From contig DCWS01000016.1 of the NCBI GenBank assembly GCA_002328165.1, forward strand, positions 3,437 through 67,436: DNA of 64,000 bases. The letters are read 5' to 3'. The notes below the pieces were generated by a model. It saw only the letters and a list, made by a program, of their open reading frames with translations, was not told the DNA's origin and made no database searches. The DNA is from Desulfobacteraceae bacterium UBA2156 (GTDB taxonomy: Bacteria; Desulfobacterota; Desulfobacteria; Desulfobacterales; UBA2156). Positions 9,637 to 16,811 of this stretch are shown piece by piece (the first letter of the stretch is position 1; every line of letters begins with the position of its first letter). Made by a program: the position numbers and the translations under genes.

Positions 9637-9677
9637 AATGCGCTCACTGTTTCGGTTCAACTTTAAGGAAAAAATGA
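9637..9677 (+). other. partial (3'-half) copy of the conserved leader element
   Basis: AATGCGCTCACTGTTTCGGTTCA matches 12882-12904 at 21/23, followed by the shared TTTAAGGA and an A-rich run ending in TGA. Confidence 0.5.
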
Positions 9678-9704
9678 AGAAATGGTGTCGAGCAACGGTA
9701 AGAC

Positions 9705-10559
9705 TTAGGCTCGGTCGAAGACCATCAATCCGGAATCATGAAAAATGGGGAGCAGAAAATACATGCTTTCTTTACCTGCCTCTTCGGGCATATCCACATA
9801 AGGATACAACTCCAGGCTGATATCGTTCTCGTACCCCAGTCTCTTCATCGTGTTAAATACATCCGGAAACCGGATGGCACCTTTCCCGGCAATCAAATGC
9901 CGGTGAACCCTGTCAGGAGCAATATCTTCGATATGGACATGTCCCACCCATTCAAACAGCTCCTCAAAAGCAGCTGACGGGTCTTCGCCTACGCAGAAAA
10001 AATGTCCGATATCAAAATTTATCCCCAGAATTGGCGTGCGAACATCCATGATAAACGATTTGAATTCAGCGGTTCTTTCAATCAAAAGATCCGGTTCGGG
10101 TTCGATGAGGATCTTTATGCCCAGCGACTCGGCCAGGGGGATTACTTTTTCCAGACCCATGTGAAACAGCGAAAGCGCTTCAGATCGAGGCATATCCTCC
10201 AGTGGACCGCCCGGCGGCACCGATATGTTTCTGCATCCCAATTCGGCTGCGATTCTGATGGAATCAAGGGTATGTCGGATGCGTATTTCCCTTCTGGCTG
10301 GTTCCGGTTCAATCCATGAAGGTAAATAGGTGTCGCCTACGGCAAAAAGGGTGAAGCTGTTTATATTGGTTATCTTTAATCCATTTTCTTCAATTCTCTT
10401 TTTCAATTTTCTGGTTTCTTTTTCGGTATAGTCAGGGGGATAAAGATGGGGCCTGTCGCCCATGATTTCAATGCCTCTAAAGCCCAGACCTGCGATTCTT
10501 TTTATCGCCTCAAAGAGAGAGAATTTTATAAACGCGTTAGTGCTGTAACCCAATATCAT
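9705..10559 (-). CDS. sugar phosphate isomerase/epimerase (xylose-isomerase-like TIM barrel)
   Basis: 284 aa. MILGYSTNAF...GFRGIEI..., ...INFDIGHFF..., ...HVHIEDI... are typical of AP-endonuclease-2 / TIM-barrel family metal ligand regions. Confidence 0.8.
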   Translation of the reverse strand: MILGYSTNAFIKFSLFEAIKRIAGLGFRGIEIMGDRPHLYPPDYTEKETRKLKKRIEENGLKITNINSFTLFAVGDTYLPSWIEPEPARREIRIRHTLDSIRIAAELGCRNISVPPGGPLEDMPRSEALSLFHMGLEKVIPLAESLGIKILIEPEPDLLIERTAEFKSFIMDVRTPILGINFDIGHFFCVGEDPSAAFEELFEWVGHVHIEDIAPDRVHRHLIAGKGAIRFPDVFNTMKRLGYENDISLELYPYVDMPEEAGKESMYFLLPIFHDSGLMVFDRA

Positions 10560-10761
10560 TTCCTAACTCCTTAAAAAAACCTAAAGATTCATTGAGCCCC
10601 CTGTTACTCACCATCAAGAAGTCTTCCTATTCCCCTTTATTTCCTTTCTGTAGACAATAGATTGTGGTGCGAAACTTGAGTGAAAGATATTAAAGATCAG
10701 CTCGAATATTACCGCCGGGCCATTTTGATGTCAAGGAGAGAAAAGGTATGGGAGTATATGC

Positions 10762-10790
10762 TTGACAAATGTGAAGTTTAATGCACTAAT
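10762..10790 (+). promoter_or_regulatory. candidate sigma70-type promoter for the Thx gene
   Basis: TTGACA (10762-10767), 17-nt spacer, ACTAAT (10785-10790), about 50 nt upstream of ATG 10843. Pattern match only. Confidence 0.3.
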
Positions 10791-10842
10791 AAAAAAGGAT
10801 TGGGTTTGACTTAATTTATGTCGATTTAATGGGAGGTAAGAG

Positions 10843-10944
10843 ATGGGTAAAGGGGATAGAAAAAGCAAGCGAGGAAAGATCTGGAGAGGCACAAACGGTA
10901 AAAGACGTCCCAGAAAAAAGAAAACAAAATCCTCGACCGGATAA
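10843..10944 (+). CDS. 30S ribosomal protein Thx (bTHX)
   Basis: 33-codon ORF missing from the track (<60 aa). [33 protein letters not shown] closely matches Thermus Thx ([25 protein letters not shown]). GGGAGG SD lies 6 nt upstream. Confidence 0.8.
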   Translation: MGKGDRKSKRGKIWRGTNGKRRPRKKKTKSSTG

Positions 10945-10981
10945 ACCGAAACCAAATAACTCTCTTACAGCTAAACCTAAA

Positions 10982-11018
10982 TTTCACACCTGATATTTTG
11001 AGAAAAGCCACATCAGGC
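10982..11018 (+). repeat. 37-nt hairpin repeat, copy 1
   Basis: TTTCACACCTGATATTTTGAGAAAAGCCACATCAGGC is 33/37 identical to 21709-21745. Stem CCTGAT/ATCAGG. Confidence 0.7.
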
Positions 11019-11177
11019 GCACCGGGTGCGGCACTGGCCCTATCGGGGATACGTAACTTGAGAGATTAACTTCTGAAATGTTAACGCCATGAACCGAATA
11101 ATTGATTCCATTCCCTATCGCTTGTCGAAGCTCAGCGAAGATTCCCCTCCTTTGGGGCTGCAGGAAGGAACAATCTC

Positions 11178-11939
11178 ATGAGCGTGATGGGGGTTCTGAC
11201 ATGCGAGGTTTTAGAGCTCGAACTGGCTCATCTTTTAGCGTCGGATATTGAAGTGAACCGGATTTCTGTCATCGAAACCGAAAGATCCGCCCGTTTGGTC
11301 GAGCGTCTTGAATCGCTTCAAATATCAAAGCTGAATCTGATTTCCAAGCTGGATGGGTTTAGGCCTGACCCGGATGCCCGGTTGGAAGTAATGGTTCAGG
11401 TTCTGGAAATCGGGCTTCATAATTTTAAAAAAAAGATACAAGAAGCCCTAGTAGCGGCGGCCTGTCAAATGAGCCCCTACGTGGACTTATTGTTGCTCGG
11501 GTACGGTCTGTGCGGTAATGCCCTGGAAGATCCTGAAACACTCTTCGCTGATACCGGCGTGCCGATCTTTATTCCGATGGATAAAGATCATCCGGTGGAT
11601 GATTGTATCGGATTGCTGATCGGTGGACGTGATCAATACTATGGTGAACTTTGTAACGTTTCAGGAACATTTTTTATGATACCCGGATGGGCATATCATT
11701 GGAAGGGCATGTTCAGCGCGGAATATGGCAACATGAGCGTGAAAATGGCAAAATCCCTTTTTGCTCATTATGAGAGAACCCTTCTGATTTCAACCGGTGT
11801 CATGCCCGAGGTTGAGATGAAAAAAAATACAGATGAATTCAGTCAAATGTTCGGTTTTCGAGTTGAGTCCCGGAAAGGAACAGCAAAAATTTTAAATGAC
11901 ACTTGGAAAAAAGCCAAAGATGCACTTTATGCTGTTTAG
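11178..11939 (+). CDS. DUF1638-family protein
   Basis: 253 aa. N-terminal VLTCEVLELELAHLL and central LLLGYGLCGNAL match my recollection of DUF1638 signatures. GGAAGGAA SD. Confidence 0.55.
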   Translation: MSVMGVLTCEVLELELAHLLASDIEVNRISVIETERSARLVERLESLQISKLNLISKLDGFRPDPDARLEVMVQVLEIGLHNFKKKIQEALVAAACQMSPYVDLLLLGYGLCGNALEDPETLFADTGVPIFIPMDKDHPVDDCIGLLIGGRDQYYGELCNVSGTFFMIPGWAYHWKGMFSAEYGNMSVKMAKSLFAHYERTLLISTGVMPEVEMKKNTDEFSQMFGFRVESRKGTAKILNDTWKKAKDALYAV

Positions 11940-12018
11940 CTTTTACCCGAAACCCTTTTTCTACTGCAAGCGGCTAAAATCTTCCCTGGTATTTAAAAAG
12001 GGTCTTTGGAGGCGTTAA

Positions 12019-12582
12019 ATGAATTCAGAATTGAATTCGAAGGCAAGTGGACATGTGGCACTGGATGAACTGTTTCAAACGAAGGGCTATACCGATTACA
12101 AATGGATTAATCCGAAAGAAATCATTGTTTCGCAATGGGCAAGGATTAAATGTATGTTCGGCTGTGGGAAATACGGAAACAATTCCTCGTGCCCCCCCAA
12201 TGTTCCTTCGGTTGCTGAGTGCGAGAAATTTTTTCATGAATACAGTGACGCCGTGATTTTTCGTTATCAAAAAAAAGTGGATAAACCCGGAGATCGCCAT
12301 AAATGGTCAAGGAAGGTCAACTCGGATCTCTTGAAGCTGGAGCGAGCGGTTTTCTTTTCCAATTACCCAAAAGCCTTCCTTTTTTTTATGGACAGCTGCT
12401 CCATCTGTGCTGAATGCACTGGGGAAAGAGTAACCTGTAAAGAACCAAGATTATCTCGCCCTTCTCCCGAAGCGTTTGCCGTGGATGTGTTTTCAACCGT
12501 CCGGCGCTTTGGTTTTCCCATTGAAGTTCTCAGCGACTATTCCCAAGCCATGAACCGTTTTTCATTTTTGATGATTCAATAA
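12019..12582 (+). CDS. DUF2284-family predicted metal-binding protein
   Basis: 187 aa. CMFGCGKYGNNSSCPP and CSICAEC cysteine motifs are characteristic of DUF2284. GGAGG SD. Confidence 0.6.
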   Translation: MNSELNSKASGHVALDELFQTKGYTDYKWINPKEIIVSQWARIKCMFGCGKYGNNSSCPPNVPSVAECEKFFHEYSDAVIFRYQKKVDKPGDRHKWSRKVNSDLLKLERAVFFSNYPKAFLFFMDSCSICAECTGERVTCKEPRLSRPSPEAFAVDVFSTVRRFGFPIEVLSDYSQAMNRFSFLMIQ

Positions 12583-12724
12583 TGATTTTTCGTAAAAAGT
12601 CTTTTGCGATCGACAGTTGAGTCCTGCTAAAAAAACCGTTTCCCCGCAACAAAGGCCGATAGATCAAAATCCTTCAAGGGTTCGGCCGATATATTAGGTC
12701 CCATCAGTCGAATAATCGATATAT

Positions 12725-12754
12725 TTGACAAAATAATTATAAATTGAGTATGTT
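12725..12754 (+). promoter_or_regulatory. candidate sigma70-type promoter upstream of leader element copy A
   Basis: TTGACA (12725-12730), 18-nt spacer, TATGTT (12749-12754). Pattern match only. Confidence 0.3.
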
Positions 12755-12818
12755 ATGCTCATCTGTTTGTTGGTTTTGGTGATGGGGTGGGTGAATCCAC
12801 TCTTTTAATCAGATTCAA

Positions 12819-12912
12819 TATTGAAGAACCCTGCAGCTTCGATTGAGCGGGATCTTCTCTGCGTTTCGAAACTCTACGATGAATGCGTTCGCTGTTTCGG
12901 TTCAGCAGTACG
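12819..12912 (+). other. conserved leader element, copy A (unclassified RNA/DNA element or sORF)
   Basis: Shares identical blocks with 45224-45316, in the same order and spacing: TATTGAAGAACCCTGCAGC, CGGGATCTTC, CTGCGTTTCGA, GCTGTTTCGG. Confidence 0.6.
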
Positions 12913-12953
12913 AATCACCATTTTAAGGACATACAAAAAAGGAAGGAAATGAA

Positions 12954-13352
12954 ATGATCTACATCGGACACTTTCTCCATCTGACCGATCAAGAGAAAAA
13001 AACAGAGTTAGAAAGAAGACATGGCGAATTTAACCTGATAGTGGAGGCAGAACAAACCGAAAAGGCGATTCATCTGTTTAAAGAAAGAATCATTGAACTC
13101 AGAGAATCGAGTGATTTTTTTGAAGGAGATTGTTCGGTGTTTTTTAATCAACTTTTGGGGATTGAGAAATTCTCAAAAACAAAAGCAACGATGACGAATT
13201 ACAAATCGATTGCCGGGGATCCGGTGATGCCGTTTATCGGCTGTTCACTTCCGACCTCGGAAGGTGATGCCTGCAGCGTTTATGAATGGAAGGATGTCAA
13301 CCTGGAGATAGACAGTGAAAAAAGCGACTTGTTTATAGGGTTTAAATCATAG
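12954..13352 (+). CDS. hypothetical protein
   Basis: 132-aa ORF with AGGAAGGA SD. No motif recognised. Confidence 0.5.
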   Translation: MIYIGHFLHLTDQEKKTELERRHGEFNLIVEAEQTEKAIHLFKERIIELRESSDFFEGDCSVFFNQLLGIEKFSKTKATMTNYKSIAGDPVMPFIGCSLPTSEGDACSVYEWKDVNLEIDSEKSDLFIGFKS

Positions 13353-13382
13353 GTGATTGGATAGTCTGCAGGGCACAAATCG

Positions 13383-14500
13383 ATGAAAAAAAGATGTAAA
13401 GGAGCCATAAGTGTTTCGATGGTTGTTATCGGTGTTTTGCTCCATATATGGGTTTCCGCGTCATCGGTACCAGCGTCAGATACATCCGATCTGATTTCCT
13501 ATATTCGGGGGGTAGATACGCTCGAATTTTGTGGTGAAAAGATTCCGCTTGAAATTGAAGAAATTCGAGAACGATTTGAAAAAGAGTTTTTGCTTATCCT
13601 CTGGAACAGGCCCCAAGTGATTCTTTGGCTAAAACGCTCCCAGCGATATTTTCCTTTTTTTGCAAGAATGCAAAAAGAAAACAGCATGCCGGAGATCTTA
13701 AGTATGTGGCCATCATTGAAAGTGCGCTTCGGCCCCATATGCGTTCACGAAAAGGGGCTGTCGGGTTTTGGCAATTTATGGCCAGTACAGGTCGAGAATA
13801 CGGACTGAAAATTAACCGACATATTGATGAGCGGCGAAATTTTTTTGCCTCTAGTCGAGCGGCAATCCGTTATTTCAAAAAGCTTCACGAATCATTTGGA
13901 TCTTGGGTGCTTGCTGTTTCTGCCTTTAATATGGGAGAGAAACGATTAAAAGCAGAGATTATAGAACAGGGAACCGCTGATTTTTTTCAGCTCTATCTTC
14001 CGTTGGAAACCCAGCGATTCTTGTTTCGCATAATTTCAGTGAAATTAATTTTTTCCGACCCGTTTAGATACGGCTTTAAGCTCGACAAGGCAGATTATTA
14101 TCATCAGCTATCTTTTGATCGAATCAAAATGAAGAGCGTTGATCAAATTCCAATCCGGATCATAGCTCAAGCAGCCGAAACTCAATTCAAAGTCATTAAG
14201 GATCTCAACCCAGAAATTCGCGGACACTACCTTGTTTCAGGAAACCACGACATTTTAATCCCCAAAGGGGCAAGCGAAGGATTCCATAAACGGTTCCAAG
14301 CGCTGTTTGAGAATTATCTAACCGTAAGCAAGAAGCGCGTCTATATCGTCAAGAAGGGGGACAACCTTTCTCTAATCGCCAATCGATTTAACATTCCCCT
14401 TGCAACACTTCTAATCTGGAACCGTCTGGACTTCAGACGCCCGATACATCCAGGGGACCGCCTGATCATCTACCCGGTGAAAAAGAAGCAGAAAAATTAA
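13383..14500 (+). pseudogene. lytic murein transglycosylase (SLT domain + C-terminal LysM), split by one frameshift
   Basis: Signal/anchor N-terminus and ...RSQRYFPFFARMQKENSMPE are in frame 1. DLKYVAIIESALRP..GAVGFWQFM..AVSAFNMG (SLT catalytic Glu region) and the LysM sequence YIVKKGDNLSLIANRFNIPLATLLIWNRL are in frame 2. The switch is near 13690-13700 and is repaired by adding one nt. Confidence 0.75.
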
Positions 14501-14513
14501 AATTGATGGATCC

Positions 14514-15266
14514 TCATTTTCTACCACATAGGGAGAGCAGGTCTTGCCAGTTTGAAATGCGGAGTGTATTTTGGTCCGGTATTTCAGCGTTTCCGGTAGG
14601 TACAGCGGGTTTAAATGCCAGATTATGTTCCTGGGCATAGGTGGTCCAGACCGGTTGGAGTCCGGCTTGCCGAGCGCCGATTATATCTGCTTCCGGGTCA
14701 TCCCCGATATAGAGTATCTGGTTCTTCTTTACATTCAACTGCTCAACCAATCGATCAAAGACAGCCGGGTGCGGTTTGCGGTAACCCAGGTCTCCAGATA
14801 TGAGCACCACATGAAAGAAACCGGTGAGGCCGGCCTGTTGGATAATCTTTCTTGCAGCAGGTGGGTGGGTGAAATTAGAAAGTAAACCCAAAAGATATGA
14901 TTCCTTCAATCTACTCAACATTTCCTTGCTACCGGGGATAAGATGGCAACTTGGATAAAATGCAGAAAAATAGGCATCAACGGCTTCTGTTACTCTATGG
15001 TCATCCGGGGGGATGTTCTGTTCCCCGCGACTCAGCGCCTCACTGATCCAAAATCGGTTGTGGGTTTCTATTCCATTCTGCCGGGCCGCTTCAATAAATT
15101 TTACAGCGGATTCCGTATACGCCTTTTCAAATGATTCTGCTTCGAGGGCCAGCCCGTTTTTCTGCAGACTCGATACCAGCCGCCCCATCGCCTCATTCAG
15201 CGCACGGGGTTCAGCCGTGATCAGCGTGTTGAAAAGATCAAAGCCAATGGCCTTGATATGATTCAT
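14514..15266 (-). CDS. HAD-superfamily hydrolase (subfamily IA)
   Basis: 250 aa. Motif I is IGFDLFNTLI. A later region, YIGDDPEADIIGARQAGL (motif IV type), is also present. Confidence 0.8.
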   Translation of the reverse strand: MNHIKAIGFDLFNTLITAEPRALNEAMGRLVSSLQKNGLALEAESFEKAYTESAVKFIEAARQNGIETHNRFWISEALSRGEQNIPPDDHRVTEAVDAYFSAFYPSCHLIPGSKEMLSRLKESYLLGLLSNFTHPPAARKIIQQAGLTGFFHVVLISGDLGYRKPHPAVFDRLVEQLNVKKNQILYIGDDPEADIIGARQAGLQPVWTTYAQEHNLAFKPAVPTGNAEIPDQNTLRISNWQDLLSLCGRK

Positions 15267-15368
15267 GGATATTTCCTTTAACCAAATGCCTTAAGAAATG
15301 CAAATGATGGTTTGATCAGAACAGTTAGAGTGGGTGGTGTTCCATAAAACCGGGTTCTATGAAAAGGT

Positions 15369-16502
15369 TCAAATACGCGAAAGCGTTCCGGTCACCTTAT
15401 CTATCTGTTCGTGTGAAATATAAATGTGGGGAGAAAATCGAATGCTTCCCAGTCGTTTGGCTGCAACGATATCGTTTTTTTTGAGATGACTAAATATGAG
15501 ATCTGAAGAAATACGGGGGTTTTCACCCACCACAATTCCAGAGGGATGTTCAGGGAATTCATCTGAGAGAACATTGAAACCGATTTGGCGAAGCCCTTTA
15601 ACGAGATGCTCGCTCAGTTTAAAAAGTCTTTTTCGAACCCTCTCAAACCCGATGGATTCTAAAAATTCGAGGGCAGCCTGGAAATGGACCAGATCATTGA
15701 TACTGGCGGTTGAGAAACTGAAGCGATCAGCGCCCGATTTCAACTCAGATTTATAGGGGAGATACGACTCACTTTGCACAACAGAGTCAGGCCCGACAAA
15801 AGTAGGCTGGAGGGAATCGAGTTTACTTTCCGGAACATATAAAACACCCAAACCCAATGGGCCCATGAGCCACTTCCAGGCTGAAAAAGCCATATAATCG
15901 ATGTTTGCTTTTTTTACGTCAATTCTCTGCATCCCCACCCCCTGTGCACCATCCACCACAAAATCAATTCCACGCTCCCGGCAAAGCGTGCCGACCTGGT
16001 CTATCGGCAACGGCATTCCGGTACACCAATGAACCGCTGATAGAGAGATAACGCGAGTTTTGTCGGTGATCAACTGACGCAATGCGCGTGTAAACGCAGT
16101 TGGTGATGTTTCCATGGGTGTACTGAAAATCTTTACCCCTTTTTTTTCCCAATGGCGCCAGGGATAAACATTGCTGGGGTATTCATTTTCCAGGAGGACG
16201 ATTTCATCGGTGGGCTTGAGCGATAGGCCCTGGGAAATAAAGTTCATCCCTTCGGCGGTGTTGTGGATCAAGGCCAATTCATTGGGCTGGCACCCCAAAA
16301 GACCTGCCAGAATTTCTTTGATACGTCGCTTTGTTCCCAAGTAGCTAGCGGTTTGAGTCAGAATTCCCCTTTCTGTATAGCCTTCCAGAAAATTGGAAAC
16401 CGCCTGAACGATATGGGTACCTGCAGGGGTTATTCCGCAGTTGTTGAGCCATATCAGGTTCCGGTTTACCGGATAGGCATCAAATACAAAGTTCCAATCC
16501 AT
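15369..16502 (-). CDS. class V (cysteine-desulfurase-fold) PLP-dependent aminotransferase
   Basis: 377 aa. FSAWKWLMGPLGLGVLYV PLP-lysine region. Paralog of 7512-8645. Confidence 0.8.
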   Translation of the reverse strand: MDWNFVFDAYPVNRNLIWLNNCGITPAGTHIVQAVSNFLEGYTERGILTQTASYLGTKRRIKEILAGLLGCQPNELALIHNTAEGMNFISQGLSLKPTDEIVLLENEYPSNVYPWRHWEKKGVKIFSTPMETSPTAFTRALRQLITDKTRVISLSAVHWCTGMPLPIDQVGTLCRERGIDFVVDGAQGVGMQRIDVKKANIDYMAFSAWKWLMGPLGLGVLYVPESKLDSLQPTFVGPDSVVQSESYLPYKSELKSGADRFSFSTASINDLVHFQAALEFLESIGFERVRKRLFKLSEHLVKGLRQIGFNVLSDEFPEHPSGIVVGENPRISSDLIFSHLKKNDIVAAKRLGSIRFSPHIYISHEQIDKVTGTLSRI

Positions 16503-16811
16503 CTTTCTTCCTTTTTTAACAGTGTAATTTCAAAGATTATGCGGACCATCTTTCATACGCTTTTGCGAACCATTATTCAATAATTAATACCCAAGTATCG
16601 CACCCCTGATCCCCTGGCGCGTCGAAACCGAGGCGGGACGAAAAGAAATTTTTTCAGACTATCTCAACCTGTTTTGACGGTCTGTTTGAGTTGACACTAT
16701 TCCGAGCAGGTGATAACACCCTGGATGAATTTTCGCCTGTGACTAGGAGGTCCGCGCCGTCATCCGGCGACCGGAGAGCGCGGGACAATATGACAAAAAG
16801 GAGGAGCAATA

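Noticed and set aside
9596-9820. 74-aa plus-strand ORF, including the 48-codon ATG-9674 version that follows element copy C
   Set aside because: It overlaps the 3' end of the well-supported minus-strand TIM-barrel gene and the start region of the membrane-protein gene. It has an Arg-rich antisense-type composition.
10668-10680. 13-nt exact repeat GTGCGAAACTTGA (also at 21982-21994), plus scattered AAACTTGA motifs
   Set aside because: By rough estimate, tens of exact 13-mer repeats are expected by chance in a 64-kb window when both strands are considered. The flanks do not align.
11019-11177. Possible cobalamin riboswitch upstream of the DUF1638/DUF2284 pair (GGTGCGGCACTGGCCC looked slightly B12-like)
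   Set aside because: There is no B12 box (…GCCACUG… in the proper context) and no AGCCAGGAGACCUGCC-type region. The similarity is limited to a few GC-rich nucleotides.
16741-16790. Resemblance of GACTAGGAGGTCCG...ACCGGAGAG...CGCGGGACAA to the 5' part of the ykkC/guanidine-I riboswitch (CUAGGGUUCCG...GGUCCGAGAG...GGGA)
   Set aside because: Only short, loosely spaced matches. The conserved 3' half (…AAAAGCCCGGGAGA) is absent, and the downstream gene (aldehyde dehydrogenase) is not a typical guanidine-riboswitch target. It is reported only as a generic hairpin.
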